Below, one piece after another: positions 1 through 10,884 of a DNA stretch of 46,469 nt (the stretch's first letter is position 1; every line of letters begins with the position of its first letter). The notes under the pieces were generated by a model. It was given only the letters and a program-made list of their open reading frames with translations, made no database searches and was not told the DNA's origin. The position numbers and the translations under genes are program-made. The stretch comes from an uncultured cyanobacterium (GTDB lineage: Bacteria > Cyanobacteriota > Cyanobacteriia > CAKZMO01), in contig CAVRCJ010000002.1 of the NCBI GenBank assembly GCA_963719515.1, positions 1-46,469 of the forward strand, in the 5' to 3' direction.

Positions 1-3000
1 GCGGAGCTGACCATCAGCTCAGACGGCGGCTACAGCTATAGCCCCAGCAGCCAGTTCGAGACTCTGGCGGTCGGGGAAACCGGGGTAGATTCGTTCACCT
101 ATACCATCACCGACGGCAACGGCGGCAGCGATACCGCCACGGCAACCGTCACTGTGACCGGCATCAATGACGATCCCGTTGCCCAGGATGACGCCTACGC
201 GGCCATTGAGGACGCGCCTCTGGTCGTTGACGCGATCGCAGGCGTCCTCAACAACGACAGCGACCTTGATGGCGATACCCTCAGCGCCACCCCCGGCACC
301 CGCCCCACCGCTCAGGGAGGTACGGTAGAGCTCAACGCTGACGGCAGCTTCACCTATGCCCCACCGGCCAAATACACTGGCCCCGACAGCTTTGACTACG
401 AGGTTGTCGACGGCAGCGGCGGCAGCGATGGGGGAACCGTGACGCTCACGGTCAATCCAGACACCGACGGCGACGGCATCAGCGATGGCGTAGACCTCGA
501 CGACGACAACGATGGCATTGCCGACGCTGATGAGCAGCAGGGCGACCCGACCCGCGACACCGATGGCGATGGTGTACTGGACCGGCTGGACCTTGATGCC
601 GACAGCGACAGCATTCCTGACCTGTATGAAAGCGGTGTAGACAGCGATCGCCTACTAGTACTCGACGCCGACGGCGATGGCCAGATTGACCTGGGTAATG
701 CCTTCGGGGCCAACGGCTTCATGGACACCCTGGAGACCAGCCCCGAGTCCGGTCAAGCAGACTACAGCGGCGATGGCACTCTGGACATTCCGGTTGACAC
801 CGACGGTGACAGCCGCCCCGACTTCCAGGATTTAGACGCCGACAGCGACGGCATCCCCGATATCATGGAAGCTGCCGCTGCGAGCAATGTTGATGCGAAC
901 GGCGACGGTCGAGTAGATGACCCGGCAGATACCGATGGGGATGGCCTTACAGATGCGTTTGACCCGAGTAGTGGCGGTAGCCTGCCGCCCCTAACCGATA
1001 CGGATGGGGACAGCGTAGCCGACTTCCGTGACCTGGATACCGACAACGACGGCATCAACGACCTTGCGGAAGCAGGGGGCTTGGACCCCGACGGCAGCGG
1101 CCTCGTCAGCGGCCCCGATGCTAATGGCGATGGTCTTGCCGATACCCTCGATCCACTCGCAGGCGGCATCCCACTGCCTATTCCCAACAACGACAACGAC
1201 GTTTCGGCTGACTTCCGCGACCTCGACGCCGACAACGACGGCCTCAGCGACCTCGTTGAAGCGGGTCTCGACCCGGCCCTGGTGGACACCGACAACAACA
1301 GCGTCATCGACGGCCCCGATAGCGATGGTGACGGCATCCGCAATCCAGCGGACGGTGCTCCTCGCACCTTCGGCGACGCGGCTAGCCCTGCGCTTCCTGA
1401 CGCCGACGGTGACGGCACCCCCGACTACCAAGAGCGCGATCGCGATGGGGATGGCACCCCTGACCGCGTAGAGGCGGGGCTGCCCACTGGCCCCGAGACC
1501 CCGGACGCTAACAGCGATGGCCAAATCGATGCGCCTGCGGACGCTGACAGCGACGGCATTCCCGACGTTGTCGATACCCAGTCGGAATTTGGCCGCGCTG
1601 CGACCGCGCTCGGAGAGGGTCCAGCGGTTCCGCCCCCAATCCCCGCGCCTGTTACGGACAGCGACGGGGATGGCATCGTGGACAGCGTTGACCTCGACGA
1701 TGACAATGACGGCATCCTCGACACCGACGAAGAGCAGGGCGACCCCAACCGCGATACTGACGGAGACGGGGTTGTAGACCGGCTAGACTTGGACTCCGAC
1801 AACGACAGCATCCTAGACATCACTGAGGCCGACAGCAGCGCTGGCGCAAATTTAGATCCGGACGGGGACGGGCGTCTCAGCGGACCGGTGGGTAACAATG
1901 GCCTGGCAGATAGCCTAGAAACCATGCCCGACAGCGGCATCCGCACGACCGCCCCCACCGATACCGACGGCGATCGCGTCTTCGACTTCCAGGACCTGGA
2001 CAGCGACAACGACGGCATCGCCGATGTCACCGAAGCCGGAGCTCCGGACCCGGACCGCGATGGCCTCGTGGGGGCAGGCCTCGTTAGCGTCACCCCGGAG
2101 GGACTCACCCCTATCGTGACCCTGTCGTCCCCTGACCCCGATGGCGACGGTGAGGCCAACTACCGCGATTTGGATAGCGATAATGACGGCATCTTTGACT
2201 TGGCGGAAGGCCCTACCGGCCTGCCCGACAGTGATGGCGATGGCCAGGTGGATGGTCCCGACAGCGATGGCGATGGCATCGTCGATGTGGCAGATACCGC
2301 AGCGGACTTTGGCAACGGCCCAGGCGGATTCGCCATCCTCAGCGATCTCAACGCCAACGGCAGTCCCGATGTTCTAGAGACATTCCTACAAGACGGCGGC
2401 GGCAGAGGGCCAAATATCATCACTGGCAATGACGGTAACGACATCCTCAACGGCTTCAGCGACCTCGACACCCTGGACGGCGGTAGCGGTAATGACATTC
2501 TCAATGGCGGCAGTAGCCTCGACCAACTTGTGGGTGGCGTTGGCAACGATGTCCTCAATGGCGGCACTAGTGGCGATCGCATGCGGGGCGGTGCCGGCAA
2601 CGACATCCTCAACGGCGGCGGCGGCAACGACATTCTTTTGGGAGGGCGCGGCAACGACATCCTCAACGGCGGCAGCGGCAATGACCGGGCTCGCGGCGGG
2701 GCAGGGCGCGACGTGCTCAACGGTGGCAGCGGCAGGGATCGTCTCTTGGGTGACCGAGGACGGGATAAGCTGCAGGGTAATCGCGGTGATGACGTGCTGA
2801 CGGGCGGGGCAGGGCGCGATACGCTCACGGGCGGTCAGGGACGCGATCGCTTTGCGTACAGGCGGGCCAACGAGTTTGGGGATGTAGTCACCGATTTCGA
2901 AATCCTCAAAGACCGCATTGACCTCCGCCAAGTCAGGGGGGCGCGATCGATGGACGACATCGCGTTGAGCCAGCGGGGAAATGACGCCATTGTGCGGGTG

Positions 3001-3084
3001 GCGATCGCCAGCGACTTCAAGACCCTCGCGGTGCTAGAAGACGTAAACGTAGATACGCTGACGGTTCGTCATTTCACTTTTTAG
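1..3084 (+). CDS. Large acidic Ca-binding surface protein/adhesin (VCBS/cadherin-like Ig repeats, TSP3-like DxDxDG repeats, C-terminal RTX nonapeptides); 5' end lies outside the window
   Basis: Frame 1 is open from base 1 ([13 protein letters not shown]...[39 protein letters not shown]/Ig-like). It contains dozens of DxDxDGxxDxxD motifs, about 16 GGxGxDxLx repeats near 2410-2850 and an RTX-type tail (DVVTDFE..KDRIDL). Confidence 0.85.
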   Translation, partial: AELTISSDGGYSYSPSSQFETLAVGETGVDSFTYTITDGNGGSDTATATVTVTGINDDPVAQDDAYAAIEDAPLVVDAIAGVLNNDSDLDGDTLSATPGTRPTAQGGTVELNADGSFTYAPPAKYTGPDSFDYEVVDGSGGSDGGTVTLTVNPDTDGDGISDGVDLDDDNDGIADADEQQGDPTRDTDGDGVLDRLDLDADSDSIPDLYESGVDSDRLLVLDADGDGQIDLGNAFGANGFMDTLETSPESGQADYSGDGTLDIPVDTDGDSRPDFQDLDADSDGIPDIMEAAAASNVDANGDGRVDDPADTDGDGLTDAFDPSSGGSLPPLTDTDGDSVADFRDLDTDNDGINDLAEAGGLDPDGSGLVSGPDANGDGLADTLDPLAGGIPLPIPNNDNDVSADFRDLDADNDGLSDLVEAGLDPALVDTDNNSVIDGPDSDGDGIRNPADGAPRTFGDAASPALPDADGDGTPDYQERDRDGDGTPDRVEAGLPTGPETPDANSDGQIDAPADADSDGIPDVVDTQSEFGRAATALGEGPAVPPPIPAPVTDSDGDGIVDSVDLDDDNDGILDTDEEQGDPNRDTDGDGVVDRLDLDSDNDSILDITEADSSAGANLDPDGDGRLSGPVGNNGLADSLETMPDSGIRTTAPTDTDGDRVFDFQDLDSDNDGIADVTEAGAPDPDRDGLVGAGLVSVTPEGLTPIVTLSSPDPDGDGEANYRDLDSDNDGIFDLAEGPTGLPDSDGDGQVDGPDSDGDGIVDVADTAADFGNGPGGFAILSDLNANGSPDVLETFLQDGGGRGPNIITGNDGNDILNGFSDLDTLDGGSGNDILNGGSSLDQLVGGVGNDVLNGGTSGDRMRGGAGNDILNGGGGNDILLGGRGNDILNGGSGNDRARGGAGRDVLNGGSGRDRLLGDRGRDKLQGNRGDDVLTGGAGRDTLTGGQGRDRFAYRRANEFGDVVTDFEILKDRIDLRQVRGARSMDDIALSQRGNDAIVRVAIASDFKTLAVLEDVNVDTLTVRHFTF

Positions 3085-3092
3085 GCCGCCAC

Positions 3093-3133
3093 AAGTTGGA
3101 ATGAGGGACCTGACCCCTCATTCCTGACTTTTT
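3093..3133 (+). terminator. Rho-independent terminator after the RTX gene
   Basis: Stem GGAATGAGGG/CCCTCATTCC (3098-3124) followed by TGACTTTTT. Confidence 0.7.
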
Positions 3134-3355
3134 GGTAGATTTACGAGTATCTAGCTCGAACTTGCTAAGACTATGTAAATCAGGGCATTCTGACGTTAAA
3201 TTTCAGCTTCGTTTCTATAACATCGTATTGCTGACGTGAGATTGTATAACAGTACAGGGCATTTGAAATGCCTTGGCGCTTGTTTGCGTCTCCCCCTATA
3301 GATCCTGAAAATCGCCGGGGTGCGTTCTCTGAACCAACACACTAAGGGATTCCGC

Positions 3356-5857
3356 ATGAAATCGACCGCGTTTGCGTCCATCTTTTCTATCGCCACTTGC
3401 CTCGCAGTTGGGGGCTCAGCCGTAGCCCAAACGGCTCCGGGAAGTGCGCCAGAGCAAGTCTCAACTGAGGCAAGCCTCTTAATATCTCCTCGCCTCAGTG
3501 TGGGGCACACGACCTCTGGCGGCGGCTTTGATGGCACGACTGAGTTCGGAGGCTTTGTGCCACTACGGCAGGAAGAGGGCCGCAATATCACCTTCTTTGA
3601 GCCCCAGTTCTTGCTCGACAACGATGGTCAAATAGGCGGCAACCTCTTAGTGGGCCATCGCTCCTATAGCCGCAGAGACGACCGCATTTGGGGCGGCTAC
3701 CTTTCTCTAGACAATCGTCAGCCAGAAGAGGATGACTTTTATCAAATCGGTATAGGGCTAGAAACTTTGGGCCGCGTCGTTGATGCCCGCCTGAATGGAT
3801 ATGTCCCTATAGGGGATACAAGTCACGTTATTGATGAAGATATATTTAGCTCTGCTACCACCTCTAGCGGATTTGAGGGTAACTTCTTAGTCCTCTCCAG
3901 CACAGTCACCGAACGACTGCGTCGGGTTGAAGAATTTGCTCTGGCCGGGTTCGATGCCGAAGTGGGCGCTAAGTTTTTAGAGTGGAATGAGGGCGACGGC
4001 GACCTGCGCGGGTTTGCGGGGTTTTACTTCCTCGACTCGGATCGCGTCAACAGCAGCCTGGGCTATAGGGTCGGCCTTGAGGTACGTCCCGTACAGCAGC
4101 TCGTGCTGGGCGTATCGGTCCAGGAAGACGATATCTTTGGCACCAACGTTATAGGAAGCTTCAGCCTCAGCTTCCCTCGGGTGCGACCCAAAGGACCAAT
4201 CGCAGAGGAAGATCAGGTGGTTGCCCGCCTAGGCGAATCGACGCGGCGAAACTCTAGCATTGCCGTTGAGACTCAGGCAAGCTTTGAAGACAGTACGCAA
4301 ATCTTCGAGATGCCTCTGATGAATCCAGAAGAAGAACAGGCCTACCGGTTTGTTCACGTTACCCTGGGAGCCGCAGGCGGTAACGGTACGTTTGAGTCTC
4401 CCTTTGGCAGCGTTCAAGAGGCCCTCGACAATACGATTTCAGACGGCAACAATATCGTCTACGTTGACGCGGGGACTAATCCAGCAATTCCGGCCTTTGC
4501 CATTCCGGACCGGGTCCGGGTGCTCTCTCAAGGCCCAGTTCAAACTATCGCGGGCCTGCCGTTTCCAGGGTTTCCAGAAGCGTCATCTCGTCTACCCTTC
4601 TCTCCTGGGGTGAACTTTGACGACGGTATCCTCGTTGAGCTGCCGCTGTCGGGAGACGGCAACTTTCCGCTCATAGAGGCGGGGGCGGCCAATCTTGTTA
4701 CCTTAGGAAACTCCACCGTCTTCTCGGGCTTTGTGGTCAATGGAGCCACCGACAATGCTGTGGTCGGGGCAGGTGTGGAGAACGTTGAAGTTCGCGACAA
4801 CACAATTACAAATTCAGGGCGAGGCATTTTTCTCAGCGACGTTTCTGGCAGCGTCATTCTGTTCGATAACGTCATCAGCAACACGACGGGCGGGGCCGAT
4901 TCAGGCCAGGGCATCGCTGTGACCAATACCCTCAGCAACTCTGTTGAGGTGAATGTCGCTCGCCAGGATATATCAGGTACTCGCGTTGGCATTGATATCG
5001 TTGCCGATGGCGATTTTGACGCGGCGCTAGACCCACAGCAAATTGTGACTATTGCGAACACGGAGATCAGGGGGAGCGACGAAGAAGGGCTGCGGGTTCA
5101 GGCTAGCGACTTGGGTAACCAGGCCGTCGCCATTACCGGCAGCATCCTCAACAACAGCGGCAACGACGGCATTTTGGTGCTGGCCACCAGCATTGGCTCC
5201 CAGGAGGTGACCATCGAAGAGAGCCGCATCACGAACAGTGGCGGCAACGGCATCAGCGTCATCGGCGGTACACCCGACGGGTCGTCGACGGCGGCGCAGG
5301 AGGTGTTCATCAACGACAACCGGATTGCCAACAACGCTGGAGCCGGTATTTCTCTTGAGGCCAACGAGGTCGTGGCTCAAGAGTTCGCCATCGGCGGGAA
5401 CCAGATTCTCAACAATGGCGGACCCGGTATTGTGGCGATCGCCCAGAACGTGGCCTTCCAGGAATACGTCACCGATGCGGCCAATGACTCTATGGGCATC
5501 AGCGGTAACCTGATTCAGGGCAACGGCGGACAGGCCATCTCTCTGACGGGCTTTGATTCGGCCACCGTGATTGCCGATATCCAGGAGAATACCTCAGAGG
5601 GCAACGAGACGGCGGGAGCCCCCGACATTGAAGTCACCACCAACGCCAATACGAATGACGCCTGCGTCTTCCTGTCTGGCAACAGCACCGACAATGGCAT
5701 TCAGCTCAACAACAACAGCGTTGTGCCAGCCCTCTTCGAGGTGGTCAGTTTGCCAAATGTCTCCGGCCTCAATCCTGGTGGCGTGACCTTCTCCCCAGGC
5801 CAAGCGACGTTTACCAACGTTCCCGGCGTATCGTCTTGCTTCGACGCGCTGGAATAG
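3356..5857 (+). CDS. Secreted/outer-membrane protein: N-terminal inverse-autotransporter-like beta-barrel plus right-handed parallel beta-helix repeats
   Basis: ATG at 3356 after AAGGGA and a Sec-like signal peptide (..GGSAVAQ). Amphipathic beta strands with GGNLLVGHR, WGGYLSLD and DARLNGYVPIG, a GNGTFESPF..QEAL motif, then repeated I..N.I.N...GI units. Confidence 0.7.
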   Translation: MKSTAFASIFSIATCLAVGGSAVAQTAPGSAPEQVSTEASLLISPRLSVGHTTSGGGFDGTTEFGGFVPLRQEEGRNITFFEPQFLLDNDGQIGGNLLVGHRSYSRRDDRIWGGYLSLDNRQPEEDDFYQIGIGLETLGRVVDARLNGYVPIGDTSHVIDEDIFSSATTSSGFEGNFLVLSSTVTERLRRVEEFALAGFDAEVGAKFLEWNEGDGDLRGFAGFYFLDSDRVNSSLGYRVGLEVRPVQQLVLGVSVQEDDIFGTNVIGSFSLSFPRVRPKGPIAEEDQVVARLGESTRRNSSIAVETQASFEDSTQIFEMPLMNPEEEQAYRFVHVTLGAAGGNGTFESPFGSVQEALDNTISDGNNIVYVDAGTNPAIPAFAIPDRVRVLSQGPVQTIAGLPFPGFPEASSRLPFSPGVNFDDGILVELPLSGDGNFPLIEAGAANLVTLGNSTVFSGFVVNGATDNAVVGAGVENVEVRDNTITNSGRGIFLSDVSGSVILFDNVISNTTGGADSGQGIAVTNTLSNSVEVNVARQDISGTRVGIDIVADGDFDAALDPQQIVTIANTEIRGSDEEGLRVQASDLGNQAVAITGSILNNSGNDGILVLATSIGSQEVTIEESRITNSGGNGISVIGGTPDGSSTAAQEVFINDNRIANNAGAGISLEANEVVAQEFAIGGNQILNNGGPGIVAIAQNVAFQEYVTDAANDSMGISGNLIQGNGGQAISLTGFDSATVIADIQENTSEGNETAGAPDIEVTTNANTNDACVFLSGNSTDNGIQLNNNSVVPALFEVVSLPNVSGLNPGGVTFSPGQATFTNVPGVSSCFDALE

Positions 5858-5934
5858 TATCGATGTTGGGGTTTAACGGATTGGGGGCGAGCGGCCGTTT
5901 GGCCCTGCCGTGGTGAAACCTTTTGGTGGGGCCG

Positions 5935-7872
5935 CTAGTCGGTGCGAGGACGGGAGAAATTGGAGGGGGGCGCAAACTCTTGAACCGGGACGCCCTCCAG
6001 CGCTCGCAGCATGAACGCCCGCCAAATCGGAGCCACAAACTGGCCCCCGGTGGCCCGCGACGAAAGGGGACGGTAGTCATCGTTGCCCACCCAAACGGCG
6101 ACCGACAGCTGAGGGACATAGCCGATGAACCAAATATCCCGCTGTGAGGAGGTGGTTCCCGTCTTCCCAGCAGCGGGACGACCGATTTGAGCTGCTCGAC
6201 CCGTGCCCTGGTTGACAACGCCCTGCAGCATCTGGTTCAGGGAGGCCACCGCCCAGGGGTCTAAAATGCGCTTGGGGTTGGGGCGGTTGTCCAGAAGGAG
6301 TGCCCCCGTGCTGTCTGTCACCTGTACGACAAAGGTGGTCTCTGAGCTCCAGCCACCGCTAGCGAAAGTGGCGTAGGCTCCGGCGATTTCCATGGGGGTC
6401 AGGTCAACGGACCCGAGGGGTAGGGAGACGACGGGTTCGATGGGGCTGACAATGCCGAGCGATCGCGACACTTCGATGACTTTATCGATTCCTACGGCCT
6501 GACCTAGCTTAATGGCCGGGACGTTGCGGGACAGCTCTAGCGCCCGCTGCAGGGTCATGCCGCCCGCAAAGGTGCCGTCGTAGTTGCGGGGAGAGTATAG
6601 CTCGTTGCCGTCAGGATAGCTGACGGGGGAGTCGTTGATGATGGAGCCGGGGGAGTAGTTCCCTGAGGCCAGCGCCGTGTAGTAAACCAGGGGCTTGAAG
6701 GCGGAGCCAGGCTGACGGCGGGCCTGGGTGGCGCGGTTGTACTGACTGGCGCTATAGTCAACGCCCCCCACCATGGCTTTGACGAAGTGGGTCCGGGGGT
6801 CCACCGCCACCAGAGCAATCTGATCGGCATAGACGCCCTGCCACTGTAGACGCTGGTATTCCTGCTGCACCACCTCTTCCGCCATGCGCTGGAAGTTGAC
6901 GTCTATAGTGGTTTGGACTCTCATGCCGCCTTTGAGGACCGCCTCTTGGCCAAACCGGTCGATTAGCTCCTGACGCACCGCGTCAGTCACGAAGGGAGAC
7001 TGGCTTTGGCGAAACGAGGTCACCTGACCCAGGCGAATGGGCTCTTGCTTGGCCGCGTCATACTCCGCTTGGGTAATCCAAGAGAGGCGACGCATGCGCT
7101 CTAAAACGATCGCCTGTCGCTGCTTAGCGAGCTGGTAGTTGAGGAATGGACTGAAGTCTTCAGGCGCTTGAATGAGGCCAGCCATCATCGCTGATTCAGC
7201 GAGACTCAGGTCAGTGGCAGACTTGTTGAAATAGCTTTGGGCCGCTGTCTCTACGCCGTAGGTGTTGTGCCCCCAATACACTTGATTGAGGTACATCTCA
7301 AAAATCTGATCTTTGGGGAAAATTTGCTCCAGCCGCAGCGCCAAGATCGCTTCCGCCACCTTGCGGCTCAAGGTGCGCTCTGGCGTCAAGAACAGATTTT
7401 TCACCAGCTGCATGGTTACCGTGGAGCCTCCCTCCACCGTAGATCCCTCCTGCAGGTTGGCCAGGAGCGCCCGCGCTACGCCAGTGGGGTCAACGCCCCG
7501 ATGAGAGAAAAAATGGCTGTCTTCAATGGCCAGCACCGCTCGCTTGAGTTCGGGAGAGATATCCTCCAGATTCACCACCTCCCGGTTGACCTCGTCGTGA
7601 AGACTGTCGAGCAGGGTGCCGTTAATGTCGTAGATGTAGGAGGTTTCTGTTGGAATATAGCCGCGCAAAGCCCGCACATCCGGCAGATTGCGGAAGCTGA
7701 CGGCTAGCCCTACTAAGCCCCCCGCAGCCACAGAGCTAGTGAACATGGTGATCCCCAGCAGCGTGCCTACCATCGAGCGTCCCACTCCAAGCACAAAGTC
7801 AGTGGGCGATGGCGATCGCCGGGGGGCGGCCTCAGCGGAAGGGGAGGGTTGACCGAGACTTCTTGAAGACAC
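5935..7872 (-). CDS. Class A penicillin-binding protein (PBP1A family, transglycosylase/transpeptidase)
   Basis: GT51 motifs EDSHFFSHRG, GGSTVTMQ, RKVAE; transpeptidase motifs SAFK, SRN, KTG; N-terminal TM helix. The start is probably GTG at 7872 (the ORF track extends to 7887). Confidence 0.92.
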   Translation of the reverse strand: MSSRSLGQPSPSAEAAPRRSPSPTDFVLGVGRSMVGTLLGITMFTSSVAAGGLVGLAVSFRNLPDVRALRGYIPTETSYIYDINGTLLDSLHDEVNREVVNLEDISPELKRAVLAIEDSHFFSHRGVDPTGVARALLANLQEGSTVEGGSTVTMQLVKNLFLTPERTLSRKVAEAILALRLEQIFPKDQIFEMYLNQVYWGHNTYGVETAAQSYFNKSATDLSLAESAMMAGLIQAPEDFSPFLNYQLAKQRQAIVLERMRRLSWITQAEYDAAKQEPIRLGQVTSFRQSQSPFVTDAVRQELIDRFGQEAVLKGGMRVQTTIDVNFQRMAEEVVQQEYQRLQWQGVYADQIALVAVDPRTHFVKAMVGGVDYSASQYNRATQARRQPGSAFKPLVYYTALASGNYSPGSIINDSPVSYPDGNELYSPRNYDGTFAGGMTLQRALELSRNVPAIKLGQAVGIDKVIEVSRSLGIVSPIEPVVSLPLGSVDLTPMEIAGAYATFASGGWSSETTFVVQVTDSTGALLLDNRPNPKRILDPWAVASLNQMLQGVVNQGTGRAAQIGRPAAGKTGTTSSQRDIWFIGYVPQLSVAVWVGNDDYRPLSSRATGGQFVAPIWRAFMLRALEGVPVQEFAPPSNFSRPRTD

Positions 7873-7904
7873 AGTGCGCTTAATCAATCCTTGTCGGGGT
7901 GTTG

Positions 7905-7944
7905 GCGGAGTGGCATGGGCCAGAGCGGAATGGCATGGGCCAGA
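7905..7944. repeat. 20-bp tandem duplication
   Basis: GCGGAGTGGCATGGGCCAGA followed by GCGGAATGGCATGGGCCAGA (1 mismatch). Confidence 0.85.
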
Positions 7945-8110
7945 AATGAGCAGATCTGTATTACAACGGTATGCGGTAAAGTCTGCTGGTAGTGCGACCA
8001 GCTGTGCTAGATCTTGGGGCTACCTCGAATCACCTAGATAACTTACAGTTTATACAGTCTACGCGGTTTCGCTGAATAGCCCCCTCTGCATTCTATAAAC
8101 GTAATCTGAT

Positions 8111-9319
8111 ATGTCACACCCATCATCCTGGCTTTATCGCGGCACCAGCGAAATTTTTCCCAGTAATCCTGATTCTAGCGACCCCAACAGCAGTTTAGAG
8201 CAGCGTATTCTGCAGAGCAATCGCCCGCTGCGCATCAAGCTGGGAATCGATCCGACGGGATCGGAGATACACCTGGGCCACAGCATATTATTCCGAAAGC
8301 TGCGGGCATTTCAGGACGCAGGTCACACGGCGATCGTGCTTATTGGCGATTTTACAGCCCAAATTGGCGATCCCACCGGAAAGTCGGAGGTGCGCAAGCA
8401 GCTCACCTCGGAGCAAGTGGCCCAAAATGCCCAAACCTACCTCGACCAGGTGCGGCCTATCCTCGACTTCGATACCCCCAACCGCCTAGAAATCCGCTAC
8501 AACTCGGAGTGGCTCTCGAAGCTAGACTTGCCGAAGACCCTAGAGCTGCTGGCAACGATGACGGTGGGGCAGATGCTGGCCAAAGAAGGGTTTGCCGAGC
8601 GCTACGGCCAGGAGAATCCCATTTATCTGCACGAGTTTCTCTATCCGCTGATGCAGGGCTACGACTCGGTGGCGCTAGAAGCCGATGTGGAGCTAGGCGG
8701 CACAGACCAAAAGTTTAACCTAGCGGTGGGCCGCGATCTGCAGCGCCACTTTGGCCAAGCGCCCCAGTTTGGTCTGTTGATGCCGCTTTTGCTCGGCACT
8801 GACGGAGCGCAGAAGATGTCAAAGTCTTTGGGCAACTACGTGGGTCTGCAGGAAGACGCGCTGCCCATGTACTCCAAGCTGGAGAAGACGCCTGACGCCC
8901 TGATCGCAGACTACGTGGAGCTATTGACGAATTTGCCCTTAGACAGTCTGCCCGAGAACCCCAGAGAGCGGCAGAAGCAGCTCGCCTTAAGCATTGTCAG
9001 CCAGTACCACGGTGCGGACGCCGCCAAAGACGCCCAAACCGCCGCCGTAGCCCTGGTGCAGGGGGACGCAGCCCGGGCGGAAGCGGTGCCGGAATTTTCC
9101 TTGAGTGACGTCGCGTTTCCCGCGAAGCTGTTTTACATTTTGGGGGCGAGCGGTCTATGCAAAAGCAGCGGCGAGGGGCGGCGACAGATTCAGGGGGGTG
9201 CGGTGCGCCTCGACGGCGATCGCTTGGAGGACGTGAACCTGGAGGTGGCCTCGGCTGAGGCGCTGGCGGGGAAAGTGCTGCAGGTAGGCAAGAAGCGGTT
9301 TGTACGATTGACGCCGTAG
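8111..9319 (+). CDS. tyrS: Tyrosine--tRNA ligase
   Basis: GIDPTG..IHLGH (HIGH) and KMSKS motifs, YPLMQGYD, C-terminal S4-like domain. Confidence 0.97.
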   Translation: MSHPSSWLYRGTSEIFPSNPDSSDPNSSLEQRILQSNRPLRIKLGIDPTGSEIHLGHSILFRKLRAFQDAGHTAIVLIGDFTAQIGDPTGKSEVRKQLTSEQVAQNAQTYLDQVRPILDFDTPNRLEIRYNSEWLSKLDLPKTLELLATMTVGQMLAKEGFAERYGQENPIYLHEFLYPLMQGYDSVALEADVELGGTDQKFNLAVGRDLQRHFGQAPQFGLLMPLLLGTDGAQKMSKSLGNYVGLQEDALPMYSKLEKTPDALIADYVELLTNLPLDSLPENPRERQKQLALSIVSQYHGADAAKDAQTAAVALVQGDAARAEAVPEFSLSDVAFPAKLFYILGASGLCKSSGEGRRQIQGGAVRLDGDRLEDVNLEVASAEALAGKVLQVGKKRFVRLTP

Positions 9320-9355
9320 GGACAGTCCTCCTGCCGGGGAGGCGAAGCGGCTTCG

Positions 9356-10804
9356 CTACGGGCACCGATCGCAATGCCCGCAGCGAAATCCCTTCGCCTC
9401 CCCCTCAAACCCAAACGCTGCCAAAATAAACTCCCAGCGGCACCCCCCACCGTACAAAAGCTCCCGCATCCGCCGCGCCGCCCGCGCTCCTGAATCCAAG
9501 CCTTCCCCATCCTGCCCCTGACGCCGCATTACGTAGCAAAACGGGTCCTGCCACCGCAATCGCCCCATCGCGTGCAGCAGCGATAGCGCAATTGCCCCCT
9601 CCTTGAAGTCCTTCATAACTTCCCGCACATCCCCCCGGACCGGCAGTCGCTTTGCTAACGCTAGTGCCGCCTGCCGCTGCTTATCCTGCTGCTTCAGGAA
9701 GAAAACCTGTCGCTGCTTATCCTCTGGGTCCATCAGCCCCGCGCGATCGCTCACCAGCGTCAGCGCTTCTGCAGGCTTTCCGTCTCTTCCCGCTCGCCCC
9801 ACCTCCTGCACATACTCCGACAGCAGCAGCGGTGCGTGCAGGTGGGCGACCCATCTGACGTCTGGTTTGTTTACCCCCATGCCAAACGCTGAGGTACAGA
9901 CGACAAACCGCAGCTGGTTGCTGGCCCAATCTGCCTCAATCTGCCGCCGCTCCTGCGCGCCTAGCCCCGCGTGGTACGCCGCCACCCGGTACCCCAGCGA
10001 TCGCAGCCAGCCGCTTACGCCCTCGCTGTCTCTCCGGGTGCGCACATAGACCAAGCCCGACTGCTGAGGATGAGCGTCGATGAACCGGCGCAGCCGCGAG
10101 CGCCTCGCCTGGGGCGTCCATATCGAGACCACCCCAAGGCGGAGGTTTTTTCGATAGGGGCTCAGCAGCACCGTTTTTGGCGACTCCAGCTGCAACACCT
10201 GACGAATGGTGGCTTGGGCTTGGGGATTCGCCGTGGCGGTGAAGGCGGCGATCGCAATCGAGGCGTCTGGCTTCAGAGCTTTCAGGGCAGGCCGCACGGT
10301 TCCCAAGCGCCGGTAAGCCGGACGAAAGGTGTCGCCCCACTGCACCAGGCAGTGGGCTTCGTCTAGAATCAGGCCGTTGATGGTGATGTCGCTCTGGCAA
10401 AGGCGCTCCCACACCGGAGGACTAAATAGGGTTTCAGGAGAGAGGTACAGCAGCCGTAGCCGATGTAAATTTTGCAGTACCCGCTTTCGCTCGTGGGGCG
10501 GGCGCTCGCTGTGGAGGGTGGCGGCAGGCAGGTGGCGATCGCGCAGCTCCTGCACTTGGTTTTCCATCAGCGCGACTAGGGGCGAAATCACTAGGGTCAG
10601 ACCGCTTTGCATCAGCGCGGGCAGCTGGAAGCAGATGGATTTACCGCCGCCTGTAGGCATAACGACTAGGGTGTCGCTGCCCTGAAGAAGCGATCGCACA
10701 ATATCGTCTTGGGGCGGGCGGAAGTCGGGGTAGCCCCAAATGCGCTGGAAGGTGGCGCGGACGTGGGACCAGCTGGCGGTGGTGGTAGGTGCGGGGCTAA
10801 CCAT
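9356..10804 (-). CDS. recQ: ATP-dependent DNA helicase, RecQ family (short form, no HRDC domain)
   Basis: MPTGGGKSICFQLP, DEAH, WGDTFRPAY, TATA, AFGMGVNKPDVR, QEVGRAGRDG and a terminal Zn motif C..CGHCDRC. Confidence 0.93.
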   Translation of the reverse strand: MVSPAPTTTASWSHVRATFQRIWGYPDFRPPQDDIVRSLLQGSDTLVVMPTGGGKSICFQLPALMQSGLTLVISPLVALMENQVQELRDRHLPAATLHSERPPHERKRVLQNLHRLRLLYLSPETLFSPPVWERLCQSDITINGLILDEAHCLVQWGDTFRPAYRRLGTVRPALKALKPDASIAIAAFTATANPQAQATIRQVLQLESPKTVLLSPYRKNLRLGVVSIWTPQARRSRLRRFIDAHPQQSGLVYVRTRRDSEGVSGWLRSLGYRVAAYHAGLGAQERRQIEADWASNQLRFVVCTSAFGMGVNKPDVRWVAHLHAPLLLSEYVQEVGRAGRDGKPAEALTLVSDRAGLMDPEDKQRQVFFLKQQDKQRQAALALAKRLPVRGDVREVMKDFKEGAIALSLLHAMGRLRWQDPFCYVMRRQGQDGEGLDSGARAARRMRELLYGGGCRWEFILAAFGFEGEAKGFRCGHCDRCP

Positions 10805-10884
10805 TTAGCGGATACGAAGCGACCCCCTCAGCATTCCCTTCAGAGATTTACTGTGAACTGTATCGGAGAAATCTGTCGCAGGCT

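Noticed and set aside
2410..2850. 27-bp periodic repeats that could be mistaken for a CRISPR array
   Set aside because: They are in-frame RTX nonapeptide codons; there are no unique spacers and no cas genes.
396..3020. Many long antisense and alternative-frame ORFs (Ser/Pro- or Thr/Ala-rich) over the RTX gene
   Set aside because: They are shadows of the repetitive GAC/GGC codons in a GC-rich gene, with no independent motifs.
3243..3256. TGTATAACAGTACA as a LexA or NtcA site
   Set aside because: The spacing is wrong for NtcA (N6), it mismatches the cyanobacterial LexA box, and the downstream gene is not an SOS gene.
9356..10804. RecQ lacking winged-helix/HRDC C-terminal domains as a truncation
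   Set aside because: It ends cleanly in the Zn-binding Cys cluster, and short RecQ paralogues of this kind are common in cyanobacteria.
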